Assembly: GCA_026134085.1 (NCBI GenBank)
Contig: JAOQIN010000019.1
Coordinates: 1-32,906 of the forward strand
Length of the DNA stretch: 32,906 bases
Source: Candidatus Methanoxibalbensis ujae
Lineage (GTDB): Archaea; Halobacteriota; Syntropharchaeia; Alkanophagales; Methanospirareceae
Direction of reading: 5' to 3'
Under the pieces are notes generated by a model, which saw only the letters and a list, made by a program, of their open reading frames with translations, made no database searches and had not been told where the DNA came from. Positions 19,831 through 27,594 of this stretch are shown piece by piece; position 1 is the first letter of the stretch, and each line of letters starts with the position of its first letter. The translations under genes were made by a program, and so were the position numbers.

Positions 19831-20955
19831 ATGGGAAACGGGCTCTTCGCTGTGCGGAAGATGAAGCGGGACAGGAAGCGATTCAGGAGGAACAAGAGCG
19901 AGGAGTATGTTCGTAAGGTTCTCAAGGCGGAGAAGAAGAGCGATCCGCTTGAAGGTGCGCACATGGCTCGTGGCATTGTTATTGAGAAAGTTGGTATTGA
20001 GGCCAAGCAGCCCAACTGTTTTGACGAAGCCACTGAGCTCTTAACAACAAGAGGATGGCTGAGATACGACGAGATAAGGGATGATGAGGAGATATTCTCA
20101 TATAATCCTGTGAGAAACAGGGTGGAAAGGGAGAGAATACTGGCGAAGACTGTTCAGAAATACGATGGCGAGATGATATGCTGTTTTGACAACACGCTTG
20201 ATTTCATGGTGACACCGAACCACAGGATGCTTCTCAGTGTGATGAAAAATGTGTGTGTGCGAGAGGCTGGCATGATGCCGGGGAGGGCGATGTTCCCGAG
20301 ATGCGGCGTTTATGATGGTGGAGCCTTTGTTGATGAGGTAAAGGCACTCGCGAAGTTTTTCATGAGTGGTGAGATTTTTTGTGGGATTTGTGAGATGGGA
20401 GAGGATGCCGCCTCTCGTGTGTTTGATCTGAATATTGAGCAGAGAATTCTGTTTGTGAAAATGCTGATGAACGGTTGTTCCTGTTTCAATCATGATGACC
20501 GTGAGTTGCTTGACATGTTTCATGCCATTTGCACAATCTCTGGAATTCCTGCGGTTCTGGAGGATGATTCGGTGAGCATACAGAAATCAACATGGTCTGT
20601 CGGTGGGATCCGGCGTGTTGAACATTACAGCGGTGTTGTGTGGTGTGTTGAGACTGATAACGGTTTCATAATAACGAGAAGAAACGGAAAAACGCTCATA
20701 TCGCACAACTCAGCAATCAGAAAGTGCGTTCGTGTCCAGTTGATAAAGAACGGGAAGCAGGTGACCGCATTTTGTCCGGGAGATGGCGCGATAAAGTTCA
20801 TAGATGAACATGATGAAGTTCTCATTGAGGGAATAGGAGGCAGGAAAGGGAGGTCATACGGTGACCTCTCCGGTGTGAGATACAGGGTTGTAGCGGTAAA
20901 TGATATATCACTGAAGGAGCTTGTGAAGGGGAGGAAGGAGAAGGTGATGAGGTGA
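19831..20955 (+). CDS. rps12: 30S ribosomal protein S12 (uS12) precursor containing an intein
   Basis: MGNGLFA...[15 protein letters not shown] | 231-aa insert | [24 protein letters not shown]...GDLSGVRY. Spliced product is 143 aa from ATG 19831, which follows a GGTGA RBS. Confidence 0.96.
   Translation: MGNGLFAVRKMKRDRKRFRRNKSEEYVRKVLKAEKKSDPLEGAHMARGIVIEKVGIEAKQPNCFDEATELLTTRGWLRYDEIRDDEEIFSYNPVRNRVERERILAKTVQKYDGEMICCFDNTLDFMVTPNHRMLLSVMKNVCVREAGMMPGRAMFPRCGVYDGGAFVDEVKALAKFFMSGEIFCGICEMGEDAASRVFDLNIEQRILFVKMLMNGCSCFNHDDRELLDMFHAICTISGIPAVLEDDSVSIQKSTWSVGGIRRVEHYSGVVWCVETDNGFIITRRNGKTLISHNSAIRKCVRVQLIKNGKQVTAFCPGDGAIKFIDEHDEVLIEGIGGRKGRSYGDLSGVRYRVVAVNDISLKELVKGRKEKVMR
20017..20709 (+). 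mobile_element. Intein (231 aa) in uS12
   Basis: Cys1 ([14 protein letters not shown], block A), block [10 protein letters not shown], block F VWCVET.NG, terminal ISHN followed by Ser+1; in frame with no stops. Confidence 0.94.
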
Positions 20956-21578
20956 TCTCACATTCAAAAGAGGTGATGCGGGCTGTGGCTGTGGAATCAT
21001 CTGCTGTGGCGTGGGAGTGGACGCGCAAGGTTTTCGGGAGATGGGACATCTCAGAAGTGCACATTGAGGACATAGGTATTGCGAAGCACATCAGTTTGAC
21101 ACCGATATCCGCACTGCATACGGGAGGAAGATATGCGAAGCAGAAATTTGCGAAGTCAAAAGTTTGCATAGTGGAGCGATTGATAAACAAGATGATGCGA
21201 ACTGAGCACAACACGGGAAAGAAGCTCAAGGCTTACAACATTGTGAAGAACGCATTTGACATCATATATGAGAAGACGGGTGAGAACCCCGTCCAGATTC
21301 TTGTTTATGCCATTCAGAATGCAGGACCGCGGGAAGACACTGTCAGGCTGCGTTTCGGCGGTATAATCGTGCCTAAAGCTGTTGATGTCTCATCGCAGCG
21401 CAGGATAGATCAGGCACTGATGTTCATAGCTCAAGGCGCACAGAACTGCGCGTTCAAGAGCAAAAAGAGCATAGAGGAGTGCCTTGCAGACGAGATAATC
21501 GCAGCTGCAAGAAACATGAAGTGCTTCGCAATAAACAAAAAGGAGGAAAAAGAGAGAATTGCAAAGGCAGCACGCTGA
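20952..21578 (+). CDS. rps7: 30S ribosomal protein S7 (uS7)
   Basis: [58 protein letters not shown]. Real start may be a few codons downstream. Confidence 0.96.
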   Translation: MISHSKEVMRAVAVESSAVAWEWTRKVFGRWDISEVHIEDIGIAKHISLTPISALHTGGRYAKQKFAKSKVCIVERLINKMMRTEHNTGKKLKAYNIVKNAFDIIYEKTGENPVQILVYAIQNAGPREDTVRLRFGGIIVPKAVDVSSQRRIDQALMFIAQGAQNCAFKSKKSIEECLADEIIAAARNMKCFAINKKEEKERIAKAAR

Positions 21579-21581
21579 ACA

Positions 21582-21613
21582 TTTATATTATATTATATTA
21601 TTTCTATTATTTT
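21582..21613 (+). terminator. Putative T-rich archaeal terminator after rps7
   Basis: AT-only stretch with T tracts immediately after the stop codon. Confidence 0.45.
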
Positions 21614-22398
21614 AAAAAAATATATTCCAAAAAAATCCCAACCAGGTCAAGCTCCATACGCCTGCATTCTGAGTTTGCCTCTCAAACCTCAATCACTTCT
21701 CAAGCTTCTTTGACAGGAAAATTTCTTTTCTCCTCTTAGAGCTTTCATGGATCTCTCCCTCAGCTCTGTTTTAATTTCGCTTCTTAATTTTTTGATTTTT
21801 CTGATCTTTCAGCTTGCTGTTCAGTCACACTCAGTCACACTTGTTGAGCGGGCTGAAATTAAAAACTCACTCAATGCTCCAGTTCATCCCTTTCCCAATG
21901 TTGCGCTTGGGACGAATGATAAACGAGTGTGATTCCATTGACATTCCATTGACCAAACTAAACCACCAACACACCCTCATCTGCACTGTTGGAATAAGCC
22001 TTCCAGAATAAGCCTTCTCAGCAACATCTTTGTTATGTGCAGAAGTGAACGGCATGTTCCGAAGTCAGGAGCTCGTATGGTAGAGGCGGTGTGCTGTGAG
22101 AGATGTGCCTTCCGCATGGTCGGTGGTGCAGTTGTAAAAAAGATGCCAGTGCGATGCTGCATCCGGGAAGGGAATAATCCCTCTGCCATAAACATTGCTG
22201 CGACTCATTGTTTCAGTAGGAAAGCTGTCACCACACCGGAGCTGGCTTTATAGTGTGCAGTGTAAACTCCTGTTTTTATGTTCATATGTTCACATTTTCA
22301 GGCATACAACCGAGAAGAGACCATGGGAAAGTCTGCTCTTAACGCCATGACCTCATGCAAAAAAGGATGTGATAAGACGGTTTGATGGGACATGAAGC

Positions 22399-22410
22399 TA
22401 TTTATATATT
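22399..22410 (+). promoter_or_regulatory. Putative TATA box of the TRAM gene
   Basis: tatttatatatt about 95 nt upstream of the start codon. Confidence 0.55.
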
Positions 22411-22502
22411 CATGGATAAGAAGGAAGGGAGTGGTGTTGGAGGAGAAGTGGCATGCCCACTACTTCTCTGCATCGCTCAAAATGTGAAGAAGGAGATAGC
22501 AT

Positions 22503-22718
22503 ATGCGAGAGATGAGAAGTAGAGGAGTAAGCTTCGCCCCTGTCTCCGTCGGTGAGACATACGATGTGAGGATAGAGGGCGTTGGCAGGGAAGGAGATGG
22601 CATAGCCAGAATAGAGGGTTTTGTTGTGTTTGTGCCCAATGCAAGAAAAGGGGAGAGCGTGAAAATACGCATAACAAAAGTGTCGAGAAGAGTGGCTTTT
22701 GCAGAAATAGTGCATTAA
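22503..22718 (+). CDS. Stand-alone TRAM-domain RNA-binding protein (archaeal cold-shock/RNA-chaperone type)
   Basis: [34 protein letters not shown]...[11 protein letters not shown]...AFAE. Confidence 0.92.
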   Translation: MREMRSRGVSFAPVSVGETYDVRIEGVGREGDGIARIEGFVVFVPNARKGESVKIRITKVSRRVAFAEIVH

Positions 22719-22744
22719 ATGCAGCCACACTTCTCACATCTCCC

Positions 22745-22908
22745 TTTTTTATTTTTTCTGCTCTATATCCTCCTTTTCTCTTTTTTGTTTGTTTTTGTTT
22801 GTTTGTTTGTTTGTTTTGTCCGCCACCGATATTTATGGAAAAGAGAGGTATGCGGTTGATTTGTATAAATGAAAAGGTTGATTTTGATTTTTGATTTTTG
22901 ATTTTTGA
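22745..22908 (+). repeat. T-rich terminator-like tract with (TTTG)n and (TTTTGA)n simple repeats
   Basis: Directly visible downstream of the TRAM gene. Confidence 0.65.
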
Positions 22909-23516
22909 AATCTTCAGGCTCACATTGAGATGAAAGAAGATGGGAGGAAAAATTGATTAAGGGAGATGAATCCGCACCTCACCGAAACTTCTACTGAAAA
23001 TTGATGCACTTGAGTTACTCCTTTCCCGAGTCGCTTGATTTGGAGATCAGAGGTTTTTAACAATTGTATGGTTTTCATGGTGTGAAAAACACAAAATCTT
23101 TCTTCACCCTTACTCGTTTCTTCTCACTTTTTTATCTGTTCTCGCCCTCTACAACTTCAATTCAGGTCTTTACCCACTGACTTTCGGAACCACTTGAAAT
23201 GCTTCGGCTGATTCTGCTTATTACAGCTCCGCTCGCAGTGAGCGGAGTATGAAAATGCAGGTTCCTCAACCAAAGATTCTCGGCGATGTAACAGCGTTCA
23301 TAATGCTCCTCGCAGACGAGGTTTGACAACATACCTATGGCAAATATCTGCGATAAAGGGATGTATCACGGAGCCCATGCTTCGTATCATATCATACATT
23401 GTGACAAATGAGCCTCAAGTGCACGCTGTGCTTAAGAAGGACAGAAAGGATGAGCGAGAAAAACCTTAAAGCTGAAAAAGTGTAAAGAATCACCGAACAA
23501 TAAGGAGGAAAATCAG

Positions 23517-24266
23517 ATGTCGCAATTAAAACTGAATCCGCTTATTGGTGTCGAAACCGCAGATTCTCGCTGGAATTGGCTCTACAGAGTCGCAGGAGTG
23601 GCTGCCCTGATCTCATTAGTGATTATCCCGATCCAGATCATCGTCTTCATTGTCTCACCGCCACCAACCACTGCAATCGGCTGGTTCACCCTGTTTCAGA
23701 ACAACGAGCTTCTGGGGCTCCTGACTTTTGAACTCTTGATTATTGTCAGCAATGCTCTTGCGATCCCGATATATCTCGCATTCTACGCTGCCCTCAGACA
23801 AGTCAGTGAATCTTTCATGGCCATCGCCACGGTCATCGGCTTGGTGGGGATTGTGGCTTCCTTCGTAGCGAGACCCGCCTTTGAAATGCTTTACCTCAGC
23901 GACCAATACGCGGCTGCCACAACAGATTCGCAATCCATGTTCCTGGCAGCAGGGGAGGTTATGATTGCCATGTCCAAGGGCACTGCTTCTCATTTGAGTT
24001 ACATCTTCGCGGCCTTAGCCCCTCTGATAATTTCGGTTGTCATGCTGCGGAGCAATATCTTCAGCAAAGCAACTGCTTATACTGGAATTCTGGCGAATGT
24101 GATCGCATTGGGCTTTTACGTGCCAGAGATAGGCATCATCTTTGGAATCATTTCTGTCTGCCCGTTTTTGATGATATGGGAGATCCTGATCGCCCGAAGG
24201 TTCTTCCAGTTAGGGCGCGCTGTCCCGAAAGAGGAGGCAAATCGGATTGGAGGTATATCCCGATGA
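23517..24266 (+). CDS. Multi-pass membrane protein, DUF4386-like
   Basis: About six hydrophobic segments, MLYLSDQYAAAT, VVMLRSNIFSKATAYTGI; AAGGAGG RBS. Family assignment is from motif recall. Confidence 0.65.
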   Translation: MSQLKLNPLIGVETADSRWNWLYRVAGVAALISLVIIPIQIIVFIVSPPPTTAIGWFTLFQNNELLGLLTFELLIIVSNALAIPIYLAFYAALRQVSESFMAIATVIGLVGIVASFVARPAFEMLYLSDQYAAATTDSQSMFLAAGEVMIAMSKGTASHLSYIFAALAPLIISVVMLRSNIFSKATAYTGILANVIALGFYVPEIGIIFGIISVCPFLMIWEILIARRFFQLGRAVPKEEANRIGGISR

Positions 24267-24427
24267 AAGTATTGATAGTTTACGATTCGGTTTTTGGCAA
24301 TACAGAGCAGAGTCAAGCTACCGACAATGCTCTCGAGGATGCCAGGATGCCCAACAATGCCCAACAGGGACCTGACGTCGGCTCTTCTACAGGCAAGGCA
24401 GACAGCTGCAATTATTCGCAAAAATAA
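24263..24427 (+). pseudogene. Truncated flavodoxin N-terminus
   Basis: MKVLIVYDSVFGNTEQ (FMN phosphate loop) starts in an ATGA overlap with the upstream stop after GGAGG; similarity is lost after ~25 codons. Confidence 0.7.
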
Positions 24428-24550
24428 TCAAAATGATCAATCAAATTCCCCTCCCTTCCGTCTGCATAATTGCCGGTTCACAGGAAAAGAGGGGAGTGTT
24501 CTCTACGATCAACATAGCGACATTTTTTATGCTCAGGACATCTTCCGAAC

Positions 24551-25612
24551 TCACTCGCAGGGAGACTCCTCAATTTTCCTGATGATCTCATCCGTCATTT
24601 CGCTTGTCTTTGCGGAGCCGCCAATGTCGTATGTTATTTTCCTGCCTTCTGAGATCACTGCTTCAACTGCGTTTCTTATTTTTGATGCCTTCTCGTTTTC
24701 TCCAAGATATTCAAGCAGCCAGGCGCTTGCGAGGATCATCGCCGTGGGATTTGCAACATCACGACCTGCGTATTTGGGTGCAGAGCCATGAGCTGGCTCA
24801 AACATCGCGTAATTATCACCTATGTTGGCTGAAGGAATGAGGCCTATACTGCCGGCGAGCGCAGAACACTCCTCACTGATTATGTCCATGAACAGATTTG
24901 ATGATAAAAGCACCTTATGATTGAACCGTTGCGGATTTTTAATGAGCTGTTGTGCGATGTTATCTATGTGTATTTCCTCCAATCCGACATCAGGATGATT
25001 CCGCTGTGCTTCATATGCTGATTTCACAAAAATACCGCATGTCATCTTCAATATATTGCTTTTATGTATCACAACGACATCCCAACTTCTTTTCTCGGCC
25101 TCATTGAATGCGAACTCTGCTATTTTAACGGATGCACTCATAGTTATTTTGCGAATAGCAATGAAAACATCATCGCTGAGCTTTAATTCATGACCGAAAT
25201 AAAGTCCTTCTGTGGCTTCTCTCACGCATAAGCATTCAAAATCGCTTAATGCGAGAGGATTGCTGACATTTTTATATGTTTTTATGGGTCTCACATTTGC
25301 GAAGAGTGAGAATTGCTGTCTTATCGTGACTGCAACGCTCCTCGGCGAACCCTCACCGCCTGGCGTTGTCGTAGGGCCTTTGAGGCATGCATCGGATTCC
25401 TCCAGTATTTCAAATGTGTCATGGGGTATCAGGGAGTCTCCTCTGCATCCCTGCGACCTCCACCATCCCTCTCCGGCATCGCACATGATGAATTCAGCAT
25501 AGTCTGCTCCTCCGACAGCCTCTATCACACGCATTGCAGCATCCACAACCTCAGGTCCGATGCCATCTCCTCTGATTACCGCAACTTTCTTTTTCGCCAT
25601 TTCATTTTTCAT
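24551..25612 (-). CDS. Isocitrate/isopropylmalate dehydrogenase family protein
   Basis: GDGIGPEV, LKGPTTTP, FANVRP, REATEGLY, HKSNILK, NLFMDIISE, FEPAHGSAPKYAG..ANPTAMIL. Substrate (LeuB, AksF or Icd) not resolvable. Confidence 0.92.
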   Translation of the reverse strand: MKNEMAKKKVAVIRGDGIGPEVVDAAMRVIEAVGGADYAEFIMCDAGEGWWRSQGCRGDSLIPHDTFEILEESDACLKGPTTTPGGEGSPRSVAVTIRQQFSLFANVRPIKTYKNVSNPLALSDFECLCVREATEGLYFGHELKLSDDVFIAIRKITMSASVKIAEFAFNEAEKRSWDVVVIHKSNILKMTCGIFVKSAYEAQRNHPDVGLEEIHIDNIAQQLIKNPQRFNHKVLLSSNLFMDIISEECSALAGSIGLIPSANIGDNYAMFEPAHGSAPKYAGRDVANPTAMILASAWLLEYLGENEKASKIRNAVEAVISEGRKITYDIGGSAKTSEMTDEIIRKIEESPCE

Positions 25613-25735
25613 ATTGTATTGAATTGAAAAGCTGAAGATAAGTTCAGCTGGGTGAGCGTGGAGAGAACCCGATGTTGGCGAGTGGATGCGGAAAAAAAAG
25701 CAAAAATTTTATTTGATGAAGTAGAAGCGGGAAAC

Positions 25736-26410
25736 ATGATTATAACGAAGGAGAAGCCCTTGGATGAGATTCTGGAATTATTGGAGCCTTTCAGCAAGGT
25801 GCTTGTTGTTGGCTGTGACGGTTGTGTGCAACCTCCGCGCGGGCTGAGAGAGGCGGAGACCTATGCGTCGCTTATAGAGATGGCGTCAAAGGCGCGCGGG
25901 AAGCAGATTGAGTGCAGTGCCATAACAGTTTCCCGGCAGTGCTGTGAGGAAGGACTTCCCAACTGGGTAAAGCCTGATGGATTTGATGCGATGCTTTCAA
26001 TGGCCTGCGGCATAGGTGTTCAGGTGATGAACATAATTTTCCCTGAGATACCGACATTTCCGGCGCAGAACACCGTTTTTATGGGTGCCGAGGAGAAGAG
26101 AGAGGGGCGCATGTATGAGCTCTGTCGTGCATGTGGCGACTGTGTTCTCGGCGAGACAGGGGGAATATGCCCGCGCACGAGGTGTGCAAAAGGACTCATG
26201 AACGGACCGTGTGGAGGATGCGTGGGTGGAAAGTGCGAGGTTACAGTTCAGATAAAGGACTGGAAGGGGGAGGTTGTGGAAGAAGTGCAAAACGATTGTG
26301 CGTGGTATCTCATATTCGAACGACTGAGGATGCTGGGCAGGGCAGACCTCTTCAGAAAACTCAGGGACCCGACGGATTTCGGCATATGGGTGCCTCCTCG
26401 CAGGATATGA
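25736..26410 (+). CDS. metV: MetV-like methylene-H4F/H4MPT reductase small Fe-S/Zn subunit (MTHFR_C)
   Basis: MIITKEKP, VGCDGC, RQC, MACGIGVQ, CRACGDC.L..TGGICP...CAKGLMNGPCGG...CAW; directly upstream of metF. Confidence 0.85.
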   Translation: MIITKEKPLDEILELLEPFSKVLVVGCDGCVQPPRGLREAETYASLIEMASKARGKQIECSAITVSRQCCEEGLPNWVKPDGFDAMLSMACGIGVQVMNIIFPEIPTFPAQNTVFMGAEEKREGRMYELCRACGDCVLGETGGICPRTRCAKGLMNGPCGGCVGGKCEVTVQIKDWKGEVVEEVQNDCAWYLIFERLRMLGRADLFRKLRDPTDFGIWVPPRRI

Positions 26411-26420
26411 GCAGCGTTTG

Positions 26421-26540
26421 GATGTGTGAGAGGCTGATGTGTGTGGTGTGTGAATGTGAGTGTGTGTGAGTGTGTGTGAGTGTGTGAGTGTGAGCGTGAG
26501 TTGAGTGGGTATGTGTTATGTGTATGAATGAATGTATGAA
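26421..26540. repeat. GT/GTGA-rich microsatellite-like spacer between metV and metF
   Basis: tgtgtgtgag tgtgtgtgag tgtgtgagtg tgagcgtgag..., almost free of C. Confidence 0.8.
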
Positions 26541-26548
26541 GAGGTGAT

Positions 26549-27490
26549 ATGAAGATGGCAGAGAGGAAGGCATTTTCAGAGTTGATGAAGAAGATAGAGG
26601 CCGGAGAGTTTGTATATACAGGAGAACTGGAGCCACATCGCAGTATAGATATTTCTGATGTTGTGAGTTGGGCTAAGACGCTTAAGGAAACCGGGAGGAT
26701 AGTTGCCGCAAATGTCACGGACAATCCGAGAAGTGATTCTGCGATAAGCAGTTTGGTCGCATCATATCTCATTCAGAAGGAGACAGGTCTTGAGATGATA
26801 TATCAGCTGCGGACTGCGGACAGGAACAGGCTTGCACTGATCTCTGACATTCTGGGTGCTGCAGCGCTCGGTCTCAAGAACATTCTCGCACTCACAGGTG
26901 ACCACACGAAAACAGGCACAACACCGAGCGCAAAGCCTGTATTTGACCTTGACGGAACGAATCTGATAAGGCTTGTGAGGTCTCTTGTTGACGAAGGTAA
27001 GGATCTCTGGGGAAACGAAATACATGGGCCTCGTCCTGAGCTGAACGTGGGAGGTGCGGGAAATCCCGGAATGGAGCCCCTTGAGGCGGAGGTGTTCAAG
27101 CTTGAGCGAAAGGCGGAGGCGGGTGCTGACTTCTTCCAGACGCAGGTGGTGTTTGATGCAGAGGTCGCTCGCAGGTTTTTGAGGGCGATAGAGCACATCG
27201 GAGTCCCGACACTCATAGGTATATTTCCGCCTCGCACATATGCACAGGCTGAGTTCTTTGATAAGTTCGTTCCCGGCGTATCGGTTCCTCGCGAATTCAT
27301 GGAGAAGTTTGCAAAACTGAAAGAACTGCCTAAGGAAAAGCGAAAAGAGAAGATAAACGAGTTCAATGTGGATTACTTCGTGTCATTTATCAAAGAGATA
27401 AAGAAGGAGAAGGCATGTGCCGGATGCCATATAATGGCGGTCGGATATCCGGATGTCATAGGCCCCATAATTGAGGGTGTTGAGAAGTGA
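26549..27490 (+). CDS. metF: Methylenetetrahydrofolate reductase (MetF)
   Basis: TGELEP, NVTDNP, DRNRLAL.SDILGA..LG..NILALTGDH, RKAEAGADFFQTQ, GCHIM. Confidence 0.9.
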   Translation: MKMAERKAFSELMKKIEAGEFVYTGELEPHRSIDISDVVSWAKTLKETGRIVAANVTDNPRSDSAISSLVASYLIQKETGLEMIYQLRTADRNRLALISDILGAAALGLKNILALTGDHTKTGTTPSAKPVFDLDGTNLIRLVRSLVDEGKDLWGNEIHGPRPELNVGGAGNPGMEPLEAEVFKLERKAEAGADFFQTQVVFDAEVARRFLRAIEHIGVPTLIGIFPPRTYAQAEFFDKFVPGVSVPREFMEKFAKLKELPKEKRKEKINEFNVDYFVSFIKEIKKEKACAGCHIMAVGYPDVIGPIIEGVEK

Positions 27491-27594
27491 CTGCAGCACC
27501 CTATCTCCTCCCCTTTCTTTCTCTTTCTCCTTCATTTCTCCTTGTTCTCTTCTGTTCATTCACATGATGGCAATATGGTGATGATGGTGGTAAT

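Noticed and set aside
20863..20883. uS12 DLSGVRY instead of D(L/I)PGVR as a novel fidelity substitution
   Set aside because: I recall DLSG in haloarchaeal uS12, so it is probably a natural variant; not claimed without an alignment.
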